From NCBI GenBank assembly GCA_951406725.2, contig OX597826.1, positions 51,150,001 to 51,214,000 of the forward strand: 64,000 bases of DNA, written 5' to 3'. Made by a program: the position numbers and the translations under genes. The stretch is from Octopus vulgaris (taxonomy: Eukaryota). Shown one piece after another: positions 13,261-27,934 of the stretch. Every line of letters begins with the position of its first letter. Position 1 is the stretch's first letter. Below the pieces are notes generated by a model. That model worked only from the letters and a program-made list of their open reading frames with translations, did no database searches and was not told the DNA's origin.

Positions 13261-14183
13261 CGAGAGACTTTCTTTCTTTCTCTCTCTGACAATTATGAAT
13301 GTGTAATTACCACTCAGTATGGGGTTCGAGTACACACCGGGGATGAAAGTAGATGACCTGATGAGATAAGTGAAAATGTGTGATCCATCGTGCTTGAACT
13401 CCAGTACAGCCAAATCAGACAATTGCTGTATTGATGACACTTATTGAGGCTGAAACATTTTCATAACTAATCTATTATTTTCAGACAATCAGATTGTACT
13501 TTTCTTAGTGGAATGACAATTTTTGAAGAATTCTTGAGATTATCTCCCCTTCTCGCTTGGAGTTGGTACTCACTACCACCAAATGATTGGGAAATCCATT
13601 CTGGAAGCAGAAATGACTTCAATTAATCCAAAATTTATTTTGCATGTTAACATTATCTTATTCATATTCGTCGTTGTAATACATACCCCTCCCACACACA
13701 CAGATACACACACACAGATACACACACACACACAAATATACATTCATGACTATTTCAAATAAATGGTTTTAAAACAACAAGAATATTAGCTTTAATTTCT
13801 CTGATTTCCTTAGAAGAAATAGAGAAAGAGAAAAAAAATATTAAAGGAGTTATCACTGGTTTTAGTTTTAAAGCGAAATAAGTTGCTTCTTCACATTTGT
13901 TGCTAAAATAGAAAATAGAATAAATAAAGCGAAAACAAGAAATTGCAATTTTGATATGATGTTCAAAGAAATTTTACTCGGTTTGTTCTATTTTTTATGG
14001 TGAATCAAAAATATTTAATTTCATTTCGTACGTGATATGACATAATGAATTTTATGTAAAATCTGTGGTGATCACGGAACCTCTTGATAGCATTATCGCC
14101 CAGAAGTAGTCAACTCTCTGAAACAGGAATGCATCTGTTATATATTGGTGTTTTTGGTGTATGTATATATGTATGTATGTATG

Positions 14184-14325
14184 TACACACACATTCACTC
14201 ACAAAAATGTGTAGGATATACTATTATACACACACGTAAACACACATGTATGTATGTACGTACACACACATTTACTCACAAAAATGTGTAGGATATACTA
14301 TTATACACACACGTAAATACACATG
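14184..14325. repeat. Local tandem duplication, period ~78 bp
   Basis: ACTCACAAAAATGTGTAGGATATACTATTATACACACACGTAAA occurs twice. Confidence 0.85.
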
Positions 14326-15714
14326 CGCACAGATATCTACGGCAATATATATATATATATATATATGCACGTTTATATGTAAATAGGTATATATACACAC
14401 ACATATGCAATACGCATATATATATACACACATTCATATATACATTATATGTATATATATACATGTATATATATATGTGTATTTCTGTGTGCATATGTGT
14501 GTGTGTGCTCAAATACATATGTATATATACACATATATATATGCAATCAAACACACATATATATGTATATATGTATATACACACACATTTACATATGTAT
14601 GTAAATATGTATATATATATATGTGTGTATATACATATATATACATATACATACATACATATATATAAATAAATATATATATATTTGAGCACACACACAT
14701 GCGCACACACACAAACACACATACACATGCTCATCTATAGTTGTATATATGTATATGTGTATATATATCCTAAAATATTTCGACAATTGTTGAAGTCTAC
14801 TCATGTACGCTAATACGCACCAATATAACAGTTCTCCTACCTCTAATCTGGCAAATAAGGCGTCGGCTTTGTTTTGTTGAGGAGGTCTAATTACACCAGA
14901 ACACTTCAGAAATTACCCACCGTACTTATCAAAACCAGATTAACATATTATTACGCATTAATTTAGTGCTTTCCGCTTCTCATCAAATAAGTTTGACTAA
15001 TTAGATCGTTATTGCTAAATCAATTGTGATCGCACTTTGTCTTACATTTCGAGCAGATAGTGTTTGAAGGAAACTTTCCAGTACGCGCGCGCGCACGCGC
15101 ACATACACATACACACACACACACAGACACACACACACACACACACACACACATCGAAATGATGAAGTTGACCGGCACTTCAAATTTCACTCATCGGTTC
15201 GTTCAACTTGTTGAACGTATGTATGTTTGTATGCATGAATGAAAGGAGTCATATATATTTACATAAGTATGTATGTATGTATGTATGTATGTATGTATGT
15301 GTGTATGTGTGTGTGTGTGTTGTTGTTGTTATACGTGCATGTGAATATAAGGAGCCCTTTTTAAAGCGTGTTTTATTAAATACACGGCCATATTCAAGTC
15401 TTATCTTCTTTTTATTTTATATTTTGCGACTTCGAAGGAATAAATGCAATGCATAAACTTAGAGAAAGTTAGAAGTGGATTTAGTGATAGGTGAAGTAGA
15501 CAGTACGTGGATTGCTAGAAATAGGAACCAATACACCACTAACTCGATTTCCACATTATGTTTTCGGAAAATAAGTGCACAGTTATCTGCGGAATGGTGA
15601 AATTTATTTAAATGACACGCAAAACCTGAAATATCAATTTTGTTTAGTGTTTTCAGCGGTTAACGTCGAAACAAACATTGTTTTTTATAAGGATATACAT
15701 ACATACATACATAA

Positions 15715-15747
<33 letters not shown>

Positions 15748-16022
15748 TATATCGACCTATCTACCTGTGTATATACATATATAAAATTATGCCCCCACAC
15801 TCTCACATGTACATGCATACAAACTCCGCTGCACGCACATGTACACTCAAACGAGTGCGCACGTATTAAATTTTCTGCGATTCTTCGTAAATCAATAAAA
15901 TCGATATCAACACAAGTATCAATCAATCAATCAGTCAATCAATCAAGTGCTTTAAAATTCAATCAACATGTATTTCATGCAATTGAGATAAATACAAAAA
16001 CTGTTTGACGCTTCCTGAGACC

Positions 16023-16083
<61 letters not shown>

Positions 16084-16811
16084 GGAGAGAGAGGGAGAGA
16101 GAGGGAAAGATAGTTTGAGCGAGTGTGTGGAAGTGTGTGTGTTTGTGTGTATGTATGTGTGTGTGCGCGTGTGAGCGAGTATGAAGAACGTGCGTGTGTT
16201 TAAGAAACGTAATAAAGAGACAGTGGAAATAATGCAAGTTGACAGTTGTAATTGAGAATTGTTTAATTCTAATTCGATGTATCGATCAGTGATAGATTGA
16301 CTGGTCTTGTAATGTATATTAGGGAGTATTATCAGTAACTCAATTACGTAAGTAACAAGCTGTTTTGCTGGTCTTAATTTCGATGAGTAACAAAGTTCAT
16401 CCTTGTTGAAGCAGTACCTCGATGGGGATACATAATTTTGAAGGACGAAACTAAATACCACTAACCCGTTAATAAATATAATTTGATACCACTTTTTCTT
16501 TATTCATCGTCGTCCCGTTCTAGTTCCTTGTATTAATTGCGACAGAGTGATAATGCGGGGTAAAAAGGCGCACAGGTGTGTAAGATGGACCCAAATTTCA
16601 GTAGCATTCAGCTTCGTATATAGGACCCGAGTTGAATTTTTGAGGCATTTTTTGAATAAAAAAATTCTTATATGCCATCATATACGGTACTTAGAAATTC
16701 GTTCGGTTTCTGCTTCAGTAAATTTCGGCTGAAGAAAACTTTCACCGAAGAAGTGAGTTTCAACATGTAGAGTTGTTTCCCACGCTTGCTGGGGTAAAAA
16801 AAAAAAAAGTA

Positions 16812-16975
16812 AACGGGCATAGATGTATGGTTAAGAAACTTGTTTTGTATCCAAATAAATTCGGGTACATTTCCACAGCATGGCACATTGGATAATTGTC
16901 TACTACTATGGTCCTGGACTGACCAATGCCATGTCAGTGAATTTGGTAGACAGAAACTGTGTGGAAGCCTATCTT

Positions 16976-17069
<94 letters not shown>

Positions 17070-17190
17070 AGGCGTAGGAGTGGCTGTGTGGCTGCGTGGC
17101 ACTTTTGGCAAGTGTCTTCTACTATATCCTCGGGCCAACCAAAGCCTTGTGAGTGAATTTAGTAGACGGAAACTGAAAGAAGACCGTCGT
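16812..17190 (+). mobile_element. Two SINE family A 5' halves separated by (TA)n
   Basis: A diverged head at 16812-16970 and an internally deleted head at 17070-17190. Confidence 0.7.
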
Positions 17191-17366
17191 ATATATGTAT
17201 ATGACTTAATTGTCGTAGAAATGGAGATGATGTAATGCATATGTCAATTGCAAATAATATTACCCCTTATTGACCTCCAGGTACTGAAGGAAGATGTATT
17301 TGGTCTACCGACCTGCTAGAAAGAAAGAGAAAAAGGAAAAGACACACTGGAAAAAGTAGTCATATA

Positions 17367-17596
17367 CTCTTTACTTCTTTACTTGTTTCAGTCATTTGAC
17401 TGTGACCATGCTAGAGCACCGCCTTTAGTCGAGCAAATCGACCCCAGGACTTATTCTTTGTAAGCCTAGTACTTATTCTATTGTTCTCTTTGGCCGAACC
17501 GCTAAGTTACGGGAACGTAAACACACCACCATCGGTTGTCAAGCGATGTTGGGGGGTACAAACACAGATACACAAACACACACACACACACACACA

Positions 17597-17686
<90 letters not shown>

Positions 17687-17848
17687 AATACGACGGGCTT
17701 CCATCAGTTTCTGTCTACCAAATCCAATCACATGGTTTTGGTCGGCCCGAGGCTATAGTAGAAGACACATGCCGAAGGTGCCACGTAGTGGGAATGAACC
17801 CGGAACCATGTGGTTGGTAAGCAAGCTACTTACCACACAGTCACTCTA
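17367..17848 (-). mobile_element. SINE family A, full length
   Basis: Reverse complement of consensus with internal (CA)n(TA)n. Confidence 0.9.
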
Positions 17849-17954
17849 GATATACAAAAAAAAAATATGAGAAGGTTATGGTTGTAGCGTTGAGGATCGT
17901 AGGTCATCTTGATCAGAGCTCATCCTATGGTTAAGCAAGAACAGCAGTGACGGC

Positions 17955-18066
17955 ATTATCATCATTACCACCATCACAACTATCATCATCATCACCACCA
18001 CCACCGACTTCACCACCATTATCATCACCACCTCAATCATCACCACTACCACCAACATCAGCACCG

Positions 18067-18147
<81 letters not shown>

Positions 18148-18356
18148 CCATCCCGATCATCATCATTACCGCCTCCGCACTCCATCACTTTCACCATCTC
18201 CACGCTTCCCCACCACTTTCACCCTCCTACCACCGTCGTCATCTCTACCACAGTCTGCACTATTACCATCTCCATCACAACCATCAATCCCACATCACCA
18301 TCTGCGCTACCTCCACCATCATCGTTACTTTCACCATCTCCACCCTTATCATCATC
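17955..18356. repeat. (CAT)n/(CAC)n low-complexity tract
   Basis: Direct reading. Confidence 0.9.
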
Positions 18357-18651
18357 GGCTGAGACTCTCAGACCCAAACATATTGATATTTAATAATCCT
18401 CTTTTTATAAGCAAGAACAATAAAATTGCTTCTTTCTTAAAAGTTGACATTTAAGAGTACAAGAATATTCACTGTTTGAATTGCCATCTAAAGAGTTTAT
18501 CGTTTACATTCGAGTTTTACTGAATTCTTCAACCGGAAAATAAGTAAATTCACTTTATATGTTCGAGAATTACCACAGACTACCTATTTTATAACATCGA
18601 TTTTTATTGTTGCTGCGATGGTTTGTTTACTGGGTTCTTCTGCCTCACAAT

Positions 18652-19061
18652 CTCTCTATGGCTATTACTGAAATAAACTTGTTAAATGGTGTTTGTTATA
18701 ACTGCAATGACAAAGAAATATTTTTGACCCGAGATCGTTTGTTGATGGTAGAAAAGATGTATCGTGATATAATCATAAACACCATAGCCATCAGTAGCAA
18801 GAGAGTGTGATTTAGTAGCATGTACGACATTACGAAAGCATTGTGCATGCTTCTAAGTAAAAGAAAACTATGTGGCTACTAGCAAGTGAAAGCTACGAAA
18901 GCATACATGCTACCATGTTACTTGCTGCTGACGGTTAAGATAGTTTTGATTACATCACAATACATTTTTCTTCGCTTCAACAAACGACCTCAGATAAAAA
19001 AATGTCAGCAATAAATACCATTTATTAAGTTAAAGAGTTTAACAATAATATCCATGGAGAG
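18652..19061. mobile_element. Old foldback/MITE-like element with long imperfect inverted arms
   Basis: Nested complementary blocks: CTCTCTATGG/CCATGGAGAG, TCGTTTGTTGA/TCAACAAACGA, CAGTAGCAAG/CTTGCTGCTG and GTAGCATGTA/TACATGCTAC. Confidence 0.7.
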
Positions 19062-20188
19062 GTCGCTAATTGAGAGCTATCACTAATTGTTTTAGGTGCC
19101 AATATAGTCGAGAGGACACACAGATGCCCTCATGACCGTTTCACCCTTGTTGAAATGGAACATCTACTGTTACAGTTGTAGGGAGGGTAACAAGCATTCA
19201 GTTAGTACTCACTTGAGAGCAACGTGAAATGAAGTACTTTTCTTAAGGGTGTAATACGCAGTGAATCGTACCCACGACCTTTTGATCAAGGGCCCAAAAC
19301 CCTAAACACTAAGCTATGCGCCTTCACGTTATAAGGTGCAGACATTACCCATTTAAATCACGCAATCGTAACATCAAGAAAACAGCGGAGCTTCTACGTG
19401 GTCGCTTAACCTCGAAATAGCAGCCATCTCTCTCTACCATCCTGAAAATAAGAAAGAACACAAGTTACTCGTCATGTAATCCTAGATATAGAAAAGGATG
19501 TGATGGTCATGGCTGGGTCGCTTTCAACCACGTTTATTTGTTTGATGAGGGCTGATCTGAATTTATATAGAAACTATAGACAACAATAAAGTTTTACTGC
19601 AAAGCAAAAATAACATATTCATTATTATACTTTATGTTCTATATATTTTGTATAAAAATTCTGTTATTGAGTTTCTGAAATATAATTGACTAGTGAAGAT
19701 CATAGCCATAACTATACACTAACATACTTTAATATTTAAAGGCATGGACATGTGGTTAAGAAGCTCGCTTCACAACCAAATGGTTTCGGGTTTATCCCAC
19801 CCCACACCGGCGCGGTAACTTGGGCAATTTATTTTATTGATCTCTCAAAGTAATGGGACATGAATAAACAGTTATAAACATGGATATCATCACATACTCA
19901 CGCAAGGATACATACCCAAAGTAGTCATTTGCAAGGGAGTATGAACTGGGACCTTGTATCACACTTTTACTAATTGTTTCAGGTACCTGTGTTGTCAGGA
20001 GCCGAACTATGTGTACCCACACACACACACACACAATTAATATAAACAGCTGGTCGCAATGTGATACCATAAAGGAAAAATTCAATCGTCACTAAGTGTA
20101 ACTGAGAGTGCCGAAGCACCTACATTGTTAGAAATAAGAGTTAAAATACTCTTAATACTGTAGGAACAGCGCATATGTATATAAACAT

Positions 20189-20517
20189 GTGAGGGCGCGT
20201 GGCTTAGTGGTTAGGGCATTCGGCTCATGATCGTAAGGTTGTGAGTTCGATTCCCGGCGACGCGTTGTGTCCTTGAGCAAGACACTTTATTTCACGTTGC
20301 TCCAGTCCACTCAGCTGGCAAAAATGAGTTGTACTTGTATTTCAAAGGGTCAGCCTTGTCACTCTCTGTGTCACGCTGATTATCCCCGAGAACTACGTTA
20401 AGGGTACACGTGTCTGTGGAATGCTCAGCCATTTGCACGTTAATTTCACGAGCAAGCTGTTCCGTTGATCGTATCAGCTGGGACCCTCGTCGTCGTAACC
20501 GGCGGAGTCTTTTTAAA
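20189..20517 (+). mobile_element. tRNA-derived SINE family D, full length, with 10-bp TSD
   Basis: Head GGCGCGTGGCTTAGTGGTTAGG...GAGTTCGATTCCC, core TTGTGTCCTTGAGCAAGACACTT. TSD ATATAAACAT at 20179-20188 and 20518-20527. Confidence 0.9.
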
Positions 20518-20999
20518 ATATAAACATACTTAAAGGGGAGGTAGCCGATCCATGACCGACTCGAAAATCCTTAAACTGGACGTCTAGTTTTGCCTATTCT
20601 GTAGGCATCCTCAGTGAGGACTGCTCGAATGGCCCATGTACGGCTAATTCCGCCTCTCAGCATATATGTATTTACCATAACAATTTATGGGTGAGTTAGC
20701 GGAATGCTAATGTGCATACAAAATATTAATATAAACAGCTAGGAGCAATGTTGTACCATAATGGGAATTTTCAAACGTCACTAAGTGTGACTGAGGGTAT
20801 CGAATCACCTAGATCGATAGAAAATAAGTTAAAATACTCTTAATGCTGTAGGATGAGCGCAAATGTATTCACACATGCTGGCGGGGGAGATATTGTGGAC
20901 ATCATCAGATTTTATAAACTTTCGTGAGAACATGAAATAATTGTTTTTAGGAATAGTGGATCTCGAAACACACAGAAAGCTTTAAATAATAGTTTCAAG

Positions 21000-21195
21000 T
21001 TTTTGTACAGAACTAGTTCTTTTTTAAGAGGAGGGAAAGTCGATTACATCGACCGCATTACTTGACTGGCATTTATTTTATTGACCCCGAAAGAATGAAA
21101 GGCATAGTCAACCTTCAAAGAATTTGAATTTAGAACGTAAAACGGGTGAAATGCCTCAAACATTTGTCCGGCGTGCTAACGATTCTGCCAAATAA
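21000..21195 (-). mobile_element. SINE family B, diverged
   Basis: Reverse complement of ...GGCAGAATCGTTAGCACGCCGG...GCCTTTCAT...GGGGTC. Confidence 0.7.
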
Positions 21196-21286
21196 TGGAA
21201 TGTAAATGTTGGATAGAAAAATCTCTTTTGTCCCCCACTCTCTCTTTGTATGTATATGTATATATAAATAAATATATATATATATG

Positions 21287-21718
<432 letters not shown>

Positions 21719-24700
21719 ATGCGTATCTCTAAGCGCTTCAACATTGAGATCTACTACTGTTTGGTGGATACTACCGATTTGTAACTCTTTTCATATTTCT
21801 TCCTTTATGGACGTATCCGCTTTCAATTGACTGTACATTGATTCGTCGTTAACTTTTTTTTTGCTGTCCATTTTGTCTTCTGAAAATCAAAGATGAAAGA
21901 TAGCTATTGGGTTTGAATACCGGATAAATGTGATAGTTTTATCAGATTCTTCTGCAGAAATTGTTTGCTGTTCATTTCGGATTTCTCTTCGTTTACCCAT
22001 CAAATTTATCTTCACCTGAAAAAAAAAAAAAAATCACAAATAAATATTTCATCTTATTGATTAACACAACATTAATCTACACTAAAACCAACTAAACAAA
22101 CAAAACCATATCAGCATATTTGACTACGTTCTTTGTCTTCGGAGTAACCAGACTTTCCGATATTGTATTTCAGGACGGTCTGTGGCAAATATAATTTATT
22201 GCACCTCGGCCACTGTTTCTGCTTTATAGTAAATCGAATGCTTATTTTAGTAAAGAGGGAAGGAAGTTGTTCGTTTATTACAGCAATAAATCGTTTTAAA
22301 ATTCAATTAAAATGACATTTCATTCAATTTTGAATTGTAAAATTTCCTTTATGAATGAAAATCAATGAATATAAATGTAAATTATTTTCTTTTGTTTTCA
22401 AAACTATTTTCTTTAAATACATTTAATTCAAACTCAGATCTTTCTTTGTTTAAACAATTCGGTATGGATATATCTAATTTGTTTTTAATACTTACTGAGT
22501 TTGGAGTAAGGAACAATGCCCAAGATTTTTGTAGGCTCTCCTGAGACTGGTGAGCTTGATAGTGCAAATTTTTTAGCAGTTGAAGGTCAACATTTATAGG
22601 AAAAATATGAGCAGGGTGAAGATCTGAAAAGTTCAAAGGACCGGTATTTGGATGAAGAAAGACTGAGTATTGTGGTTAGCGCAAGCTAAGAGACTGGACG
22701 CAGCAAGATTGATGGGGAGTAGTGATACGAATGGGGCAGGTGTGCCTAAGATGTGGAGGTACGAGACCACTTCTGAGGAGTAGAAGCCATTACAGTAGTG
22801 ACAGAAAGTCAGAAAGAGACAAAACATACCTATGGACAGATACTGGGGTGTATCCGTTAGTTACTGAATGCCAATCAGCCGAGTGGTTCTTCTCTGGATG
22901 CCGGACAGATCGTGTGTTGTACATGTGTATAGCAGCACCGTATTAGATATGGGCGAACTATTGTGAGACTTACTCGAGCCTCGTAGATTGTCCAAAGCTG
23001 TTAAGGATTGAAATACTTTCTAACCCCCAAGAGAAGGGACAGTCTTTTAGATGCGATGTTTGTTAGGTATTTATAATTTCTGTAAAATAATTCTGCAGTT
23101 TATGATCAATAGAGTGTATTTGCAAGCATGGCTTTCAAATATCATAGTTCTGACATATTGACTTCCATCAGCTTTGATGTAAGTTAGAATATTTCTAACC
23201 AGGCTGTGTACAGTCTATTGAGAGATTCTAAAATACATTTTCGTAAAAAGTATTACGTAAATCATTAGAAAATATATTTCATCATTAATTCTGTACAAGA
23301 CTAAATCTCACCAACAGACGAGAAACAAAAAGGGCTGATAAGAATGGAAGTGGGGACATTCCAAATCATTTCGGTAATTCTGTAATACTAATGATATGAG
23401 GACGTAAATGATGGCTGTTCAACCATTCTGCCTCATGTAATGTATATAGATCAGTTGTCGCCTTGTGAATGGAGATCTCTACCTGTGTCTCTACAATACA
23501 TTCTTACTAGCCGTATTGCATTACACTGGAGGTACGTTAAGAATGGCGCAAAGCGATAGGGAAAAACAACAACATTTTCTTTTCGTCACTATCAGTTACA
23601 CCTCCTTCGTTGAATTTGACAGTTTAAAAACAATCGATGCAGCAAAAATTATACATGAATACAATATAACCTTTATCTGTATTGGAAACTCATTGGCATT
23701 TGTTCGGGCTTGCTTTCAGGGCGGCCTGCTCAGGCTCTGATAGTATCGCCATACCGAATTATTTTAATGCATCTGGTCGCAAGCATTTCTCGTTCGATTA
23801 CGTATCTGATTCCTTTTCTATTAACTCTAGATTATGACCAGACTCTGACTGAAAGTTTCCTGAATATGAACAAAGAAATTAAAGGACTCTACTACCAAAT
23901 AAATAAATAAATGAATAAATAAATAAATAAATAAATAAAAGAAATTGAGAACACCTCTAGTGATTAAAAAATATTGTTATAAAATAATTTTGGCATCGAA
24001 CCTTAAAAAATACCACGCAAACCTTTAATATTCCAACTGGAGGCTATGGATATTAAAGAAGCTGATAATACTCAAGTGGCATCAAGCTGCGACAGTTCTG
24101 TTGTCAGACACGTAAGTATTCTGCTTAAAGGTTTTAGCCAATAAATTTATTTAACAGACAGACCAATTATTTTCATCAGAGAATTAATCAGAATAACAAG
24201 AATTAATAAGTTAAAAATGAAAGGAAAGATTTGGACAGAGGCATGTTATTGAGGGAGTTATAGAGATGCAGCTGTTTGAGGTAGTTGCAGAGGAAAGAGG
24301 GTTGGGGTAGTTGGAGAGAGCAAAGGGTTGAGGGAGTTATAAAGACAAAGATCTGAAGTTGATGTAGACATTTGTGTTCTAAAGTTAGAGATAAAATATC
24401 GGTAAGTGCTGACAACTCAACTTTTACAAACTGCCTTCATATTCCACCAGAAAAATACTGTTTCGACCCATGAAGTGAAACCACAAATAAAGGAAGAACA
24501 GAAAAAAAAATTCCAAAATATTTCCTTGAAGATGGAACAAGCGTAACCAAAAGCACATTATTCCTTCAGTAGTGCAAAAAGTGTTTCTAAATTAGACACA
24601 AGGCAGGAACTTTGATGGGAACAATTTAATTGATTCAAGCTCATTATAAAAAGTCAGTGTATAAGGAAACAAAGTCAAAAACTGGAGCCGGCCAAACTGC

Positions 24701-25109
24701 TTCACTACAACTTGAACACCAATATATACCCTACACACGCATATTTTACCTCCAATGATTGGTTTGCATATTTCTGTTACAACTATTTCCTCTTTGCTAA
24801 AACATTAATTTATTTACTCCAATGGTATCTGGTTTCTTTGAACCAAAACCAGGTGTTTTCTTTCCAATTTTTTCTCTCTTTTCCTTCCTTCTTTTTGACG
24901 AAGAACCTATTTCCGAAACATCGAGTTATTTTCCTTTTTTTTTCTTCACAGCAGAAATTTGGTGGCTTTTTTTCTTTGTAGTTCTTTTACCTTTGTTTCT
25001 GCTTGTATCGCCGTCTTCACTTGGATATTAATTAGCTGTCTGTCTGTACACCCACACACATATATATATATATACACCGTGCGTGTATTTGATGATAAAG
25101 TTATCCTAG

Positions 25110-25177
<68 letters not shown>

Positions 25178-25363
25178 GACGATTCTTAAGATGATGTGAT
25201 AGATATTTCGTTCATAATTTAGCTTTCAACTCAAACAGAAAATTATATATCACACTCTATTTCTTTATAAATAGCCATCCAGTTAATTTTTTCCTTCAAG
25301 TCTGTGGTTATTTGTTCTTACTAATACACTTTCACGTGAGTGTATGGGTGTTTATGCACTCAC

Positions 25364-25484
<121 letters not shown>

Positions 25485-27493
25485 TATATATGATGTACGT
25501 TTGGACGAATAGAAGACGGATTTTTAGTGCATTTATCTATAGTCTTCGCGTGATTGGATTATATATTCTTCACAACATAAGCTTCAGTCACGACAGCCTC
25601 TTCAGATTAACCAAATGACCAAATGAAATAAATTCTGGGTAATTAGATTGAGACGGTTGGCTTCAAAGAATTCCTTAAGTCTTTTTGCATGAATAATTTC
25701 CAAAGAACACATTATCGAATATGGCGCAGTCTTTTAAGGAACGACGCCAAAATTATGATCATTTTATTAACTTAGGAGGGAGTGTGTCACGTGAAATAAC
25801 GAACCAACCTATGGAGTTTTTGTGTGTTTATGCTTCGTGTCTGGAAACCTAGAAATAAAGCAATTGTTTGCTTATTTAGTTTCATCTTTCCTCTTTAGCC
25901 GTTGAAAGTTTCGCTCTAATGCAGATTATGTTTAGGTATAACTGTAGGGGAAAATAACCAGACACTGTTTGCTTTCAATGCAAATGGTGTTCTAGCATGT
26001 ATTGTGAATTAAGGCAAGAAATGCTTATTAATTCAGTTTGATCTAATTAATCAACGTAACAAGGAAGAAAGGAAGAATAGATCATTAGAGTAATGATTTT
26101 TTATTCCTGTGAAAACTAGCAGGGGAACCAACACCGAAATTTAAATTAGATAAAAATTGATTAAAAATAGAACTTGGCTGGTAATAAGAGAGTTGTCTCA
26201 TCTTCGATTATATGATGCCAGCATGCAGATAGAAAGATAACACTCGTTGATGAACGTCATCACTGAATAAGTAATAAAACTGCCTGCGACTCAAATATCC
26301 GCCACAAAATTTCGATTCTTGTATTTGAAGCCATTTCCTTACACTTATCCCAGTTCTTCTCTTGAGGATGACATGAACGTCATTACGTACCGTTCGTATG
26401 TTCACGATATAAATATTCGGGTTATGAATCAAGTCTAATAGGCACTAATATACATCAAATATACGCAAGCCGACGTGGGAGACCTTTACATGGTTACTCG
26501 ATCTGCAGGAGATAGCAAGCAAATCTCCTTCAGATCTTACTGTGTTATCTTAATTAAAAAGTAGCATACATTGAGTAATATAATCTTAAGCATACTATCC
26601 GCGTCGTGTATCGTACACTTTCGCAACGTTTTGAAGATACAAAAATAAAAGACTTTCCGATTAAGTACGAGTTCTCCAGTCGGATGAAGCCAGAGCAATA
26701 CTTTGTTCTGACCTTCTCATAATGTTTGCTTGAGAGGGGATGGTTTGCCATTATCTTTCCCATCAGGATGGCCGTTGGCTCACAGGGAGCTCATATGCCT
26801 TTAAACAGATCTTGTTTTTAATCCCGCTGGGTGTTCAGACACCATCCTCACAACACAAGAATAGCAAACTGCTCAAGTGGGGGAGCCGGTTTAGTCTTCA
26901 ACCACTCGACTATGAAACAGGCAGTATTGATTTACAAGGTAAAAATAGCAGCTTTCATCGGAATCCTGACCTGACTACCAGACATAATATACCTGAAAAT
27001 ATAATAGTCAGAACGCCTGTAATTTAGGTGTGCTTGATAAGGTCCGATCTTAGGGTTATACTACCACAGTAGCAAAAAAAAAAATACAGCAACAGTAACG
27101 TCAAAGTAACTTTAAGTTTCTGAGGAGGTTCCTGAATATGCTTGATGGTCGCTATTACACAAAAGTAATATTTCGCAGTTGGTCTACCTGTTTGTATATT
27201 TTACTTGTTCGATTCTCATTGCTGTATGTAAATAAATTGCACAAACGGACCCTAAAGCCTGAAGGGCTCCTGTGAACTGGCACTTAATTGAAACCGGTCC
27301 TTCAGTACTCAGCAACACTGTAAGATTGGACGTCCTATCCCGGAGATATATATGAGACTGTTCTGTGAGCCAGCGTTTGATTCAGTTTTAGTGGTATGGA
27401 GATGATAGAAAATAAAATCCAACGCAAGTTAAGATATGGCTCTATACTTGGTAACATCCCAGGTATTCTTCCCGTCTGGAGATATGGGGCGAA

Positions 27494-27545
27494 GACGGAA
27501 GTAAGATACAGTCCTGTATTTACAGGACTGTATCTTACTTCCGTC
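27494..27545. repeat. Perfect 25-bp palindrome with a 2-nt spacer
   Basis: GACGGAAGTAAGATACAGTCCTGTA-TT-TACAGGACTGTATCTTACTTCCGTC. Confidence 0.95.
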
Positions 27546-27556
27546 CTCTGTGTGCG

Positions 27557-27624
<68 letters not shown>

Positions 27625-27628
<4 letters not shown>

Positions 27629-27840
27629 ATTTTAATCCAAACGGGAAACAAAAAAACAACAACAATGGAACAATTACAGTATTATTATTAATGGCGCTCA
27701 GGAAATGGAAGCAGGGAGGTATGACGTTTCGAGCGGAGCTCTTCGTCGGAAACATAAAGAAGGAAGAGAGAGGAAAGAAAGATCCCGGAGCGGGCAACGG
27801 AGATAGAGAAAAAAACGGCTGGTGTTAGGAGTTACACATG
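27625..27840 (-). mobile_element. Penelope-like 3'/pLTR fragment with a minimal hammerhead variant (27720-27756), abutting (TA)n
   Basis: Minus strand ATGTTT-CCGACGA-A-GAGC(TCC)GCTC-GAA-ACGT-C-ATA. Homologous to 63513-63697(+). Confidence 0.7.
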
Positions 27841-27843
27841 GTG

Positions 27844-27876
<33 letters not shown>

Positions 27877-27934
27877 TATGTATACACATACATATATATA
27901 TATATATATACATATGCATATACATATACATATG

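Noticed and set aside
13352-13388. CTGATGA...GAAA hammerhead-like spacing
   Set aside because: Stems II and III do not pair.
22600-23060. GC-richer segment, possibly a LINE remnant
   Set aside because: No diagnostic motif could be read with confidence.
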